Made by a program: the position numbers and the translations under genes. From an uncultured archaeon (lineage in GTDB: Archaea > Altiarchaeota > Altiarchaeia > IMC4 > QMZM01): a DNA stretch of 64,000 bases. How positions within the stretch are numbered: the stretch's first letter is position 1; each line of letters opens with the position of its first letter. Below the pieces are notes generated by a model. The model was given only the letters and a program-made list of their open reading frames with translations, had not been told where the DNA came from and searched no databases. Positions 1-10,275 of this stretch are shown in pieces. The stretch spans positions 107,906-171,905 of the forward strand of contig CAZJVE010000001.1 of NCBI GenBank assembly GCA_964549685.1, given 5' to 3'.

Positions 1-1
1 A

Positions 2-409
2 CTTCAGGAAAACTCAAGAGAAAGTTATAGAGATATTGCAAACAAGCTCAAGGTTGCTGAAGGGACGGTCTATAACAGAGTAAATAAGCTGAGGGAGGAT
101 GGCGTTATAAGACGATTTATGGTCGACGTGGATTTCTCGAAGGTTGGTTATGAACTGACGGTCCTGGTCGGCATCATAGTTGAGGGAGGGCATCTCCCGG
201 AGATTGAGAAGAAGATTTCCAAGGACGGGAATGTTTCAGCGGTGTATGATGTTACCGGGGATTACGATGCAATTGTGGTTGCAAAATTCAAGAGCCGGGA
301 TGATTTGAACAAATTCGTCAAAGGGCTGCTGGCCATGCCCCATGTGAAGAGGACCTATACCATGCTTGTCCTGAATGTTCTCAAGGAGGTTCACGGGGTT
401 GAGATTTGA
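2..409 (+). CDS. Lrp/AsnC family transcriptional regulator (5' partial; reading frame enters the window)
   Basis: Frame starting at nt 2 reads an HTH segment (...IANKLKVAEGTVYNRVNKLREDGVI...) followed by the RAM/AsnC C-terminal domain in ORF 119..409. Confidence 0.75.
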   Translation, partial: LQENSRESYRDIANKLKVAEGTVYNRVNKLREDGVIRRFMVDVDFSKVGYELTVLVGIIVEGGHLPEIEKKISKDGNVSAVYDVTGDYDAIVVAKFKSRDDLNKFVKGLLAMPHVKRTYTMLVLNVLKEVHGVEI

Positions 410-1256
410 GGCTCTCCAGAAATAGTTTGGTATAGTCCTTTCTTCCGGCTTTTTTTGCCTTCTCCTTGAAGCCGTTGTCCCTTGCCAGCCTCTGGATTGT
501 CTTCCATGAGCCGGAGCCGTACTGGGCCGCCTTCTTTCTTCTGTTTATGATTGGGCCTGGAACGCCGAGCTCCTTTGCGAGGAGCCGGAGGATGTATTTC
601 CGGATGAATTTTTCGTCATCGATGCATGTGAATTCACCGGAATTTTTTATTTCGTGGATTTTCAGGTCCATTGGAATGTTCATTGAATAATTTTTGAATC
701 CCTCGTCCAGGAACGGGGCCCTCAACTCGATGCCGTTCTCCTTACAAATTGCGATGTCGTTGTTGAGCTGCTCCGTATGGATATTTTCGATGTCTTTCTT
801 CATCATCTCCTCGACTTGGGTGTAGTCGGGGAGCGGCTCGAGGTAGCGGTTATAGCCGCCGAAGAGCTCGTCGGCGCCCTGGCCGCAGAGCATTGTGGTA
901 AGGCTGTCTTCCCTCGCCTCTTTGGAAGCAAAGTGGAAGGGGACTGCGACAGAGACCTTCACGGGGTTGATATCATTGATTGCGGATACAATATGGGATA
1001 GAGAATTCTCAATCTTCTCCGGAGTCAATTCTATATTTTTTACATTAAAGCCCAAATCCTTTGCGTCCCTTGCATATTCGAGGTCGTGGGAGCCCGGAAT
1101 TCCGCAGGAGTATGCAGTAACATTCGAGAACTCTGATGCCAGGATTGCAACTATAGTGGAATCAACTCCGCCGGAGAATACAATGCCTATATTGGAATCA
1201 CAATCCTTTTCTACAGCCAAAGTTAGCAGTTCCCTCAGTCTTTCTACGTGCTCCAT
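381..1256 (-). CDS. Asparagine synthase-related PP-loop ATPase (adenylating domain only)
   Basis: SGGVDS PP-loop and the GQGADELFGGY motif typical of the AsnB C-terminal domain; no glutamine amidotransferase domain. Confidence 0.6.
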   Translation of the reverse strand: MEHVERLRELLTLAVEKDCDSNIGIVFSGGVDSTIVAILASEFSNVTAYSCGIPGSHDLEYARDAKDLGFNVKNIELTPEKIENSLSHIVSAINDINPVKVSVAVPFHFASKEAREDSLTTMLCGQGADELFGGYNRYLEPLPDYTQVEEMMKKDIENIHTEQLNNDIAICKENGIELRAPFLDEGFKNYSMNIPMDLKIHEIKNSGEFTCIDDEKFIRKYILRLLAKELGVPGPIINRRKKAAQYGSGSWKTIQRLARDNGFKEKAKKAGRKDYTKLFLESLKSQPREPP

Positions 1257-1293
1257 ACCCTAATAATTAGGGAATTAAGAAAGAAGATTCCCT

Positions 1294-2898
1294 TTAACCG
1301 AGAATCTCCTCCATCACGCCCTGCTCGACCTCGTCGACCAGGGGGATTCCGGTAACCGTCTTTGCCCTGTCCGTCAGGGATGCGATGTCGTTCCTGTCAA
1401 GGAGCTCCAGATTCCACTTCCTGGCCCCTGCCATCATCTGCTTCATACCCACTCCAAGCCTGTCAACAAAGTAGGAGTAAAGGCCGACTGCGGGCCATGG
1501 GAGCTTCTTTGCGTCTTTGCCAAAGCTGTCCTCTAAGTCTATGGTTGCTATGAAGAACTGCTCCGGCCTGTTTCCGTATAATGAGACGAAATTCTTGGGT
1601 AGTTTATTCTCCTTTGCCAACTCGACATAGTTCTTTGACTTCATCACTGCCGTTAAAGGCGCTCTGGCCATTCCTATGGTCTTTACGTAGGGGCCGTCAC
1701 CGAAGTTGCTCAGGGCTATGGACTTGAACATCTGGGTCTCATTTACAAATGAGCCGGCCATGCATATGTCAGGGATGTGTTTGCCTTTTTTCTTAAGGAT
1801 TTCAAGGCCCTTGAGAACCTGCGCCTGCAGATATACGGTGGGGGTGGAGGCCTCGTTCATCATCGGAACGGGGGACATTCCGGTTCCTCCTCCTGCGCCG
1901 TCAAAGGTTAGTAAATCTATCTTGGCCTCGGATGCAAGCTTCAGCGTAAGGGCGACCACCGCAGGCCTGTAAGCCCCGGTCTTGAGGAAGACCTTCTTTG
2001 CTCCCTGCTCCCTGAGCCAGTCTATGTCCTCGAGGAAAGCCTGGGAGTCTACCATGCCAACCCGGGAGTGCCTCTCAAATGACTCGAATACCTTGTTCCT
2101 GAAGGCCTCCTGGACGTGGGGGTCCTCTGGGTCTGGATGGACAACGTAGCCTCTCTTCTTCAGGAGTATCGCCCTGTCCAGGTCGAATATCCTTACTTCT
2201 CCTCCTATGGCCTTGGCTCCCTGGCCCCACTTCCTCTCTATGACATTGACCTCAAGCTTTGAGAGCGCATAGACATCGACTCCTCCTCGTTGATCTTCGA
2301 CGTTCGTCTGTACAACGATATCTCCATGTTTACCGTCCCAGAATTCCCGGTACTTCTTGACCCGGTATTCCATGTCTGCTGATTTTATGACCTTGCCCTT
2401 GGAGTCGTACTCTGAGTCGGAGTCCATGCCGCAGACGTTCTCTCCTATGACCTGGATTGTTCCGGAGATTGCTGCTCCGACCGCAAGACCGTCCCAGTTT
2501 CTCTTCGCAACCTCTGTTGAGCCAAGTCCGGCTAGAATTACAGGCACCTTTAGAGGTATTCCTCCCGCGGAGGTATTAATATCCACGTTTGTGAAGAGCG
2601 CCTTGTCGGAATCCGGCTCGATTCCCGCCGTGCCTCTGACATCGACCATTATCTGGAAGTGCGACCAGTCAAGCCCGTAGTCCTTGTTTGAAGAAGCGGT
2701 GCTCTTTCCGAATTCGCCGGGGTCAGGGTATAGAACCTCTCTACCCCTGAAGGCTGACTTTCCTATTTCACAAAGAATCTGACAGTCCTCTGTGCATATG
2801 GGACACATCCCGCTCTGGGGGTTCATGTCCTTCTTTCTAAGATTCGTTCCGGTTGTAGACCTTGCATTTGCGTAAATATCTGCCATTTTCAAACCCAT
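1294..2898 (-). CDS. Archaeal glutamate synthase-like FMN-binding protein (GltB domain 2 family)
   Basis: FMN-site motif FDGAGGGTGMSPV, Cys cluster CPICTEDC, length and overall similarity to archaeal GltB-type proteins. Confidence 0.7.
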   Translation of the reverse strand: MGLKMADIYANARSTTGTNLRKKDMNPQSGMCPICTEDCQILCEIGKSAFRGREVLYPDPGEFGKSTASSNKDYGLDWSHFQIMVDVRGTAGIEPDSDKALFTNVDINTSAGGIPLKVPVILAGLGSTEVAKRNWDGLAVGAAISGTIQVIGENVCGMDSDSEYDSKGKVIKSADMEYRVKKYREFWDGKHGDIVVQTNVEDQRGGVDVYALSKLEVNVIERKWGQGAKAIGGEVRIFDLDRAILLKKRGYVVHPDPEDPHVQEAFRNKVFESFERHSRVGMVDSQAFLEDIDWLREQGAKKVFLKTGAYRPAVVALTLKLASEAKIDLLTFDGAGGGTGMSPVPMMNEASTPTVYLQAQVLKGLEILKKKGKHIPDICMAGSFVNETQMFKSIALSNFGDGPYVKTIGMARAPLTAVMKSKNYVELAKENKLPKNFVSLYGNRPEQFFIATIDLEDSFGKDAKKLPWPAVGLYSYFVDRLGVGMKQMMAGARKWNLELLDRNDIASLTDRAKTVTGIPLVDEVEQGVMEEILG

Positions 2899-2969
2899 AG
2901 CTATTTAAATCTCTTCTTTAAATAACGTTGGTTTTACTTTTAAACTAAAAATACAGTATATATTAAAAG

Positions 2970-3503
2970 ATGAAACTGACTAGGAACGAAAGGAGGGTTC
3001 TAAAGTTTCTGATAGAGAATGGAAGGACTCAGGACGCAGAAATTGCAAGGGAATTAAAGATAACGCCGCAGGCCGTTGGCAAGATTAGGAGGAAGCTTGA
3101 AGAAGCCGGTGCCATAAAGGGTTACTCGGCCGTTATAGACTACGGAAAAATGGGTATAAACGTGCTTGCAATAGTCCTTTTCAAGTTCAGACCGGGGGCA
3201 AGAAAGAATTTGAATGAAAATGACATAGCCGAGAGAATGAAGGGGGCCCACATTATCAATTTCTACAGGGTCCCTGAGGGCGATGTCACCCATATAGTGA
3301 CCTACGGCTTCAGAACCCTGGAGGAGCTGGATAATTATTTCCACGTCCTGCAGACGGAGAGAGGCCATATAAGCGATATAAGGAAGCTCTACATCCTCTC
3401 GTCAAAGAGCGTAAGGAAGAATTCCGACCAGGAGCTATTGAAAAAGGTCATAGACGAGGTGGGGCATGAGACGCTTGCGAGGCCCCTGTCACCCAAGGTA
3501 TAA
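2970..3503 (+). CDS. Lrp/AsnC family transcriptional regulator
   Basis: N-terminal HTH (RRVLKFLIENGRTQDAEIARELKITPQAV) plus C-terminal ligand-binding domain. Confidence 0.75.
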   Translation: MKLTRNERRVLKFLIENGRTQDAEIARELKITPQAVGKIRRKLEEAGAIKGYSAVIDYGKMGINVLAIVLFKFRPGARKNLNENDIAERMKGAHIINFYRVPEGDVTHIVTYGFRTLEELDNYFHVLQTERGHISDIRKLYILSSKSVRKNSDQELLKKVIDEVGHETLARPLSPKV

Positions 3504-3523
3504 TCATAGCGTACTGTCTAGAC

Positions 3524-3940
3524 CTAATGAAACACGCCAAAATCCAGCAGCAGCGCAATGGCTATCGCGACTATCGAGAATGCAGAGATTATCATGTAGT
3601 TCAACCGTTCCTTTGATATGCTCACGCTCCAGAGGACGTATTTCAGGGCTTTGAGTACTTCTGGGTCCATGGCTGTGCAGCAGTCAATCTGGTTGAGGAG
3701 GTCTAGCTTCTTTATTAACCTGTATCTTCTCTGTGCTATCTGGTATCTGTGCATGAAGAATATGAGATATCCAATAATGCCGAAATACCAGAAGAATTTA
3801 GCCAGAAGGGGATAGTAGTGGTTTGCAATGAGTATGGCACGCAGGGAAAAGGCGGATAGTATGCCCAGGAAGAAGTAGGCCTGAATCATGAAGCTGCTAG
3901 AGCCAACCGGAATCTCTATTTTTTGTTCCATCATTCCCAC
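3524..3940 (-). CDS. Hypothetical membrane protein
   Basis: Three to four hydrophobic helices; no recognisable motif. Confidence 0.4.
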   Translation of the reverse strand: MGMMEQKIEIPVGSSSFMIQAYFFLGILSAFSLRAILIANHYYPLLAKFFWYFGIIGYLIFFMHRYQIAQRRYRLIKKLDLLNQIDCCTAMDPEVLKALKYVLWSVSISKERLNYMIISAFSIVAIAIALLLDFGVFH

Positions 3941-5454
3941 TCAATGGTTCCGGGAGGCTTGTGCGTGAGGTCATAGACGACCCGGTTTACCTGGGGGATT
4001 TCGTTTGTGATTCTGGTTGAAATCTTCTCAAGGATGTCATAGGGAATCCTCGCGAAGTTTGCTGTCATTCCGTCCCTGCTCTGGACTATCCTGAGGGCTA
4101 TCGTATTCTTGTAGGTCCTGACGTCTCCCTGCACCCCTACGCTCTTTACAGGCAATAAAACAGCGAAGGACTGCCATAATTCCATATCGAGTTTTGCCCT
4201 CCTTATCTCATCGTTCGTTATTGCATCCGCTTCTCTTACGATTTCGGTTCTCTCTGGAGTTATGTCGCCTATAATCCTTATGGCAAGGGCGGGTCCCGGG
4301 AATGGCATTCTCTCCGCTATGTCGCTGGGGAGGCCGAGTTTTTTCGCCACGGCCCTGACCTCGTCCTTGTATAGGTCCATGAGGGGTTCGACTATGTCAA
4401 GGTTCAGTTTGCTTGGAAGCCCCCCAACGTTGTGGTGGCTCTTGATGGTGCATGCATGCTGGGTGCCTGACTCAATCCTGTCTGGATATATGGTGCCCTG
4501 GACAAGAACCTCGGCATTGATTTCCTTCGCTGCCTCCTCGAAGACCCTGATAAAGTTTTCGCCGATTATCTTTCTCTTCTTCTCGGGGTCTTCCACTCCC
4601 TTGAGGGCACTGAAGAACCTGTCACTTGCGTCGATAATCCTGAGGTTTAGGTTGAACTTATTGAATACCTTCTCAATCTGCTTGGCTTCGTTCTTTCTCA
4701 TTAAGCCAGTGTCAACGAAAACGGATATAAGGTTCTTTTGAATTGCCTTTGCTGTCAGGATTGCTGCGGCGCTTGAGTCTACACCGCCGCTCAGGGCTAT
4801 GACCGCCTTTCTGTTGCCTACCTTTTCCTTAATATCCCTGACGGAGGCTTCGATGAAGTCCTCCATCCTCCAGTTAGGCTTTGCACCGCAGATATCGATT
4901 ACAAAATTCTCAAGTATCTTCATTCCGTTTTCGGTATGAACGACTTCCGGGTGCCATTGAAGGCCGTAGGTGTTTTTTGTTTTGTGCTTGTAGGCAGCTA
5001 CTGGGGAATTCTGCGTGTGGGCAAGAATTTCATAGTCATCAGAGATTTGGGTTACGGTATCTGAATGGCTCATCCAGGCTTTCTCTTTTTTATTCAGGCC
5101 CTTGAGAATTCCCTCCGGCTTGTCGATGGTTGCCTGGGTAATTCCGAATTCCTTTTTTCCTGCTGATTCTACCTTGCCGCCCGTTGAGTGTGCTATGAGC
5201 TGGTGTCCATAGCAAATGCCGAGAATTCCCAGGTCCAGATTCAGGATGTCCTTGTCGAATTTTATCTTGTCAGAATAGACACTTTGGGGGCCTCCCGAGA
5301 TGATGATGCCCTTTACGTTGTCACGGTCCTTAATCTCCTTTGCCGTGATCTCGGGCGAGACGATTTCGGAATAGACATTGAGTTCCCTAATCCTTCTGGC
5401 GATTAGATGGCAGTACTGCCCCCCAAAGTCTAGGACTAGGATGCAGTCGGTCAT
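3931..5454 (-). CDS. guaA: GMP synthase (glutamine-hydrolysing)
   Basis: N-terminal class-I glutamine amidotransferase, SGGVDSS PP-loop, C-terminal dimerisation domain ending PPGTIEWE. Confidence 0.9.
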   Translation of the reverse strand: MTDCILVLDFGGQYCHLIARRIRELNVYSEIVSPEITAKEIKDRDNVKGIIISGGPQSVYSDKIKFDKDILNLDLGILGICYGHQLIAHSTGGKVESAGKKEFGITQATIDKPEGILKGLNKKEKAWMSHSDTVTQISDDYEILAHTQNSPVAAYKHKTKNTYGLQWHPEVVHTENGMKILENFVIDICGAKPNWRMEDFIEASVRDIKEKVGNRKAVIALSGGVDSSAAAILTAKAIQKNLISVFVDTGLMRKNEAKQIEKVFNKFNLNLRIIDASDRFFSALKGVEDPEKKRKIIGENFIRVFEEAAKEINAEVLVQGTIYPDRIESGTQHACTIKSHHNVGGLPSKLNLDIVEPLMDLYKDEVRAVAKKLGLPSDIAERMPFPGPALAIRIIGDITPERTEIVREADAITNDEIRRAKLDMELWQSFAVLLPVKSVGVQGDVRTYKNTIALRIVQSRDGMTANFARIPYDILEKISTRITNEIPQVNRVVYDLTHKPPGTIEWE

Positions 5455-6536
5455 TTCAAAATCTTGATGAATTCGTCGAATAGGTAGTAGCTGTCGTGAG
5501 GGCCTGGGTTTGCCTCGGGGTGGTACTGGACGGCCATTACCGGGAGTTCCTCGTGCATGACGCCCTCGACGCTCTGGTCGTTCAGGTTTATGTGAGATAT
5601 ATCGAGAGTGTCCTTTATTGATTCTGCATCAACGGCAAAGCCGTGGTTCTGCGCAGTTATGTATACTCTGCCAGTCTTCATGTCCTTGACCGGCTGGTTG
5701 GAGCCGCGATGGCCGAACTTCAGCTTGTACGTCTTGGCCCCGAAGGCAAGGGATATGAGCTGAACACCGAGGCAGATTCCAAATAGTGGGAGCCTCTCCT
5801 TGACTAGGTTCTCAATGGTCTTTATCACATAGTCATACCTCTCGGGGTCACCGGGTCCGTTCGTTACTACTATGCCGTCGGGCTCATGCTCCAGAATCTT
5901 TTCTGCCGGGGTTTTTGCAGGGAACTGGATGACATTAATCCCCCTCTCCAGGATATGCTTTATTATGCTGGACTTCGTCCCGCAGTCTATCATTGCCAGT
6001 GTCTTTTTGCCCTTGGCGTCGTGCTTCTTTGTCTTCTTTATCGAGACCAGGTCGACTAGGTCAAGGTCAGAGATGTTCTTCAGTTTCCCTGCCCTCTCCT
6101 TCAGTTCCTCGAGCTCCTTGTCTTCATATGGGTATTTGAGAATTCCGTTCATGACGCCGTGGATTCTGATTTTTCTTGTTAAGAAACGTGTGTCTACCCC
6201 GTGTATTCCGGGGACGTCGTACTCCTTCAGGAACGCATCCAGGTCAGATGTCAGCTTACCGTGGCTCGGTTTCTGTGTCAATTCCCTCACTATGAAACCC
6301 TCCGCCTTTATCCCGTCGGATTCAAAATCCTCCTTGTTTATGCCGTAGTTGCCAACAAGAGGATAGGTCATCATAAGAATCTGGTACTTGTAGGATGGGT
6401 CGGTCAATGCTTCCTGGTAGCCGGTCATGGATGTGTTGAAAACAACCTCCCCCTCTGCCGTGTCCTTGGCTCCGAAACCGGTTCCCTTCAGGACTGTACC
6501 GTCCTGTAAGACTATCGCAGCGTTATTTTTATCCAT
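5451..6536 (-). CDS. carA: Carbamoyl-phosphate synthase small subunit
   Basis: CarA N-terminal domain (LVLEDGTV..GYQE..TDPSY) plus GATase domain with catalytic Cys (GICLG) and His. Confidence 0.88.
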   Translation of the reverse strand: MDKNNAAIVLQDGTVLKGTGFGAKDTAEGEVVFNTSMTGYQEALTDPSYKYQILMMTYPLVGNYGINKEDFESDGIKAEGFIVRELTQKPSHGKLTSDLDAFLKEYDVPGIHGVDTRFLTRKIRIHGVMNGILKYPYEDKELEELKERAGKLKNISDLDLVDLVSIKKTKKHDAKGKKTLAMIDCGTKSSIIKHILERGINVIQFPAKTPAEKILEHEPDGIVVTNGPGDPERYDYVIKTIENLVKERLPLFGICLGVQLISLAFGAKTYKLKFGHRGSNQPVKDMKTGRVYITAQNHGFAVDAESIKDTLDISHINLNDQSVEGVMHEELPVMAVQYHPEANPGPHDSYYLFDEFIKILK

Positions 6537-6699
6537 TATTAAAACGATTATAGAATGAGATAATAAGATATGCGGTTACAGATAGAATCGGTCTATGCGC
6601 CAGCAGGGGCGTTGAAACATCTTCTGCCCCGCTATTTATATAGATTCCTCTTAAATTAGATAAATCCAAAATAGCCTATATAGCCTAAATAGATTTAAG

Positions 6700-7620
6700 A
6701 TGGAACTCAGGAAGATTCAGCTTACAGGAGAAACGACCTTTATTGTTTCGTTGCCCAAGAAATGGGTCACCAAGAACAATCTGGTAAAGGGAGATATTGT
6801 AGCAATCTTGGAAAAGGAGGACGAGCTGGTTATCAGGCCGAAGAGTGAGAAGGGTTATGTTACTGAGATAAAGATAAAGCCTGAAAGCGACCTGGAGCTG
6901 ATAAAGAGGCTCATTATCACAAGGTATATTCAGGGGTACGACGGAATCTTCGTTACATCAAAGAAGCACATATCGCAGGACTTCAGAAAGGGTCTGGAAG
7001 GGGTGCCCATGTTTCTTATAGGGCTTGAACCCTTTGGTGGAAGCTCCAACGAAATTACATTTAGAATGCTGACCAAGGAAAAGGCCGAAATCATTGAGTC
7101 TGTCAGCAGGATGCACGAGATATCAGTCACGTCATTGAATGAGCTGATGGATCAGATAGACCTTGGCAAATATGAGAAGGACGTGCTTAATGGAATAATA
7201 ATGAGAGATAATGATGTAGATAAATTCTACTTCCTTATCCTGAGACAGCTGTCCTCGAGGTCGGGAAGAGAGGTAATTCCATTGATACAGATTATAAAGA
7301 GTATAGAGAGGATTTCAGACCACGTAGAGAGGATAGCGCGGTTGATGATAGAGAGGGGGAGAATCAATAAGAAGGACGTCGTCCAGTATAAAAGGTTGAT
7401 TGAGCTATATAATGATGCCATGCTTGCCCTGAGGTCTGAAAACATACATATAGCAAATGAGGTCATAAAGGATGTCAGGAGGATGAGGGAGGACGATGAG
7501 ATTCTGCTGGACAAGCTCCTGCAGAAAAAGACCGGCGGCTCCCTCCTCATACTCGAGAGTTTCAAGAGGATTGGCGAATACATATCCGACATTGCGGAGG
7601 CGGTAATTAATCTATCATAG
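6700..7620 (+). CDS. PhoU-domain phosphate-uptake regulator homologue with N-terminal AbrB/SpoVT-like domain
   Basis: Archaeal PhoU-like architecture with two helical PhoU repeats. Confidence 0.6.
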   Translation: MELRKIQLTGETTFIVSLPKKWVTKNNLVKGDIVAILEKEDELVIRPKSEKGYVTEIKIKPESDLELIKRLIITRYIQGYDGIFVTSKKHISQDFRKGLEGVPMFLIGLEPFGGSSNEITFRMLTKEKAEIIESVSRMHEISVTSLNELMDQIDLGKYEKDVLNGIIMRDNDVDKFYFLILRQLSSRSGREVIPLIQIIKSIERISDHVERIARLMIERGRINKKDVVQYKRLIELYNDAMLALRSENIHIANEVIKDVRRMREDDEILLDKLLQKKTGGSLLILESFKRIGEYISDIAEAVINLS

Positions 7621-7622
7621 AA

Positions 7623-8522
7623 ATGTACGATTTGGTTATAATAGGCGCGGGCCCGGCAGGAATCTCTGCTGGAATCTATGCAGTAAGGCGCAACCTGAAG
7701 ACGGTAATTCTGGAAAAGGCCTCTGTCGGGGGGCAGATGCTTTTAACAAATGACATAGAGAACTGGCCCGGCTTTGAGATGATTTCGGGTTCCGACTTGG
7801 CCAAGAGGATGGAGTCCCATGCAAAAAAGCTTGGGGTTGAGATTAAGACGGGGGAGGTTATAGGCATGTCCCTGGACGGGGATGTGAAGAAGCTGACCAC
7901 AAGGGATGGAGAATACGAAACCAAAGCCATCATAATCGCAAGCGGCGGGCAGCACAGAAAGCTTGGAATCAAGGGCGAGGATGAATTCGCCGGGAAGGGA
8001 GTGAGTTACTGTGCCACCTGCGATGCCCCGTTCTTCAAGGGCAAGGCCGTTGCCGTTGTGGGGGGAGGAAATATTGCCGCAGAGGATGCGCTCTATCTGA
8101 GCGAGATTGCATCGAAGGTCTATCTGATTCACAGGAAGGAATCCCTCAGGGCGGAGGAGGCCATTCAAAAGAGGCTGAAGGAGAAGGGGGTTGAGTTTAT
8201 TCTCAATGCAGAGGTTGAGGAGATTTCAGGGGAGACCTTTGTGAATAGCATCAAGCTGAAGGATGGGAAAAGCATCGAGGTGAATGGGATCTTCATATCC
8301 ATTGGGATTGTCCCCAGCACGACCATGGCAAAGGCAGCAGGAGTCGAGCTGGATAAGAAGGGCTATGTGAAGGTCAACAGGGAGCAGGAAACTAATGTCC
8401 AGGGAGTCTTTGCAGCGGGGGATGTTACAGGGGGAGTGATGCAGATTTCAACAGCAGTTGGAGAGGGGTGCATCGCTGCCCTCTCAGCCTATAGGTATGT
8501 GAAGAAGCCGTACTGGGGTTAG
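7623..8522 (+). CDS. trxB: Thioredoxin-disulfide reductase
   Basis: GAGPAG FAD motif, CATC redox-active disulfide, GGGN NADPH-binding motif. Confidence 0.88.
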   Translation: MYDLVIIGAGPAGISAGIYAVRRNLKTVILEKASVGGQMLLTNDIENWPGFEMISGSDLAKRMESHAKKLGVEIKTGEVIGMSLDGDVKKLTTRDGEYETKAIIIASGGQHRKLGIKGEDEFAGKGVSYCATCDAPFFKGKAVAVVGGGNIAAEDALYLSEIASKVYLIHRKESLRAEEAIQKRLKEKGVEFILNAEVEEISGETFVNSIKLKDGKSIEVNGIFISIGIVPSTTMAKAAGVELDKKGYVKVNREQETNVQGVFAAGDVTGGVMQISTAVGEGCIAALSAYRYVKKPYWG

Positions 8523-8545
8523 AAAATTATTAGTATGCACCTCGC

Positions 8546-9589
8546 CTATTGTTGTATAACTCTGTAAATCCTCGATTCCGAATAGCTGGTAAGGGTGAAT
8601 GGAATCTCCGGGTCTACTACGATTATGTCGTTCTCCTTACACATGAGGGTTTTGTCACCGGCAGTTACCTTTAACTCACCATCCACCACATACATGTAGC
8701 GTGCTGACTCATCCAGGAAATCCACCTGGCCACCATTTTTTATCTTTAGTATCTCTAACTGGTAACTGTAGTGCTTGTCCTTTATGTTATGGATTTTAAC
8801 GCTATGATTTCTGTCCTTTTTTGTTTCATGGGCCTTAATGGAGCTACCGCTTCCTTCCCTGCTCTTTCCATCATAATAATCGGCTTTCCATTTCAGTATG
8901 GATGGCTTTGATTTTACGCTTATGTTTTTGTTAATAAACGCGTTAGGGTTTTCCAGTCTATGAATTGTTTCAGATTCGAAATATGCAATTTCTTCGCTTT
9001 TTATATTAAATTCGTTTCTCAAACCCTTATGTTTATACACTCCCTGGATTTCTGCACCAAGATTCAGGGAATATTCGCTTTGTGGATGGTGATGAAATAG
9101 CTGGACGTGATTGCGTGGCATGAAGGCTATAGTTACTGAGATGTCCATCTCACTCGATGGCTTTGTATGCAACCCCCAGCCCTTTCTCAGTTCTTTAACT
9201 CCATTCGCATTAATCGCATACCTGTTAGGTAGACTATCCCATCTGAGAACGTCTATTGGTGGCTTCGTCTGCATGATGGGATTTTCTCTCAGTATCTGCT
9301 CCCCAATACTCTGTATCTTAACCAGTTTATTCCGAGCACTATCTATTTTTTTATCTCTATCATACTTGAGTAACTCAGAAATCATAAGCTGGCAATTTTC
9401 CGTAAAGTGTCTTGCTATCCTTGCTCTTCGGTGGGTGTCCTCTTTCTTTACCTCACCTCTCCTAAGACCTTTAATCTCTCCTATTAATTTATCCATAACC
9501 CACTTTTCCTTCTCCAGTCTATCAAGAAATTTTGCTACATCCTCAAAGGACTTTATGTCCTTCTTTCTGTAAAGTTCGTCGTATCTCAT
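8546..9589 (-). CDS. Hypothetical protein with cupin-like domains, encoded in an AT-rich segment
   Basis: HHHPQSEY cupin-type metal motif; local GC is clearly below the window average. Confidence 0.4.
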   Translation of the reverse strand: MRYDELYRKKDIKSFEDVAKFLDRLEKEKWVMDKLIGEIKGLRRGEVKKEDTHRRARIARHFTENCQLMISELLKYDRDKKIDSARNKLVKIQSIGEQILRENPIMQTKPPIDVLRWDSLPNRYAINANGVKELRKGWGLHTKPSSEMDISVTIAFMPRNHVQLFHHHPQSEYSLNLGAEIQGVYKHKGLRNEFNIKSEEIAYFESETIHRLENPNAFINKNISVKSKPSILKWKADYYDGKSREGSGSSIKAHETKKDRNHSVKIHNIKDKHYSYQLEILKIKNGGQVDFLDESARYMYVVDGELKVTAGDKTLMCKENDIIVVDPEIPFTLTSYSESRIYRVIQQ

Positions 9590-9670
9590 CTTGGCAGTAT
9601 ATCTACATATGACTAGCTGAATAAGAAAGCATGCGTCTAAATGGGATTTAAACCCTTCGGTTAGCCAGCC

Positions 9671-10246
9671 CTACCCCTTCAGCGTCTCGCAGATTTTCAG
9701 TGCCAGGTTTTCTACCGTTTTCATGCCGGTTTCGTCCTGAAGGGCATCGCCGGGGTTTCTTCCGACTGCTATGCCACCGAAGTGGGCAGTTGTTTTGTCA
9801 GCAACGACAATCATCTCGTGGAGGAGCATCCAGTTTCGTATCTGGTTGGTGGTGAACTCCTGGCCTCCGTTTCTGCTGCCGCCGATTGCTATTGCGCCGC
9901 CAAGCTTTCCTGACAGTTGGTATTTGTTTCTCCGCAGTGGCAGGGTCCTGTCGAAGAGGGCCTTGAGTCTGCTGGAGACGGAAGCAAAGTAGGTGGGAGA
10001 GCCGATGATTACTGCATTGGAATTCTTCATTTTTTCTAGAATTTCAAAAACATCATCGTCGATGACGCATTTATGTGGTGGTTCTTTGCATGCATCACAA
10101 TGAGTACAGAATTCTATTTTTTTATTTGATAAGGATATGAATTCAGTCTCATGGCCGTTATCCTTGCAGACCTCCAGCGCCTTCTTTACAAGGAGGTCGG
10201 TATTTCCCTCGTTTCTGTGCGAGCCCGATATCCCGAGGATTTTCAT
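9671..10246 (-). CDS. Iron-sulfur flavoprotein / NADPH-dependent FMN reductase family
   Basis: Flavodoxin-like start MKILGISGSHRNEGNT and Cys cluster CTHCDACKEPPHKC typical of Isf. Confidence 0.75.
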   Translation of the reverse strand: MKILGISGSHRNEGNTDLLVKKALEVCKDNGHETEFISLSNKKIEFCTHCDACKEPPHKCVIDDDVFEILEKMKNSNAVIIGSPTYFASVSSRLKALFDRTLPLRRNKYQLSGKLGGAIAIGGSRNGGQEFTTNQIRNWMLLHEMIVVADKTTAHFGGIAVGRNPGDALQDETGMKTVENLALKICETLKG

Positions 10247-10275
10247 ATTAGAAAATTGGATTTCATAGATATATC

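Noticed and set aside
381-1256. The PP-loop protein as LarE (to complete the LarB/LarC pathway)
   Set aside because: It carries the AsnB C-terminal signature GQGADELFGGY rather than LarE features, and it is 40 kb away from larB/larC.
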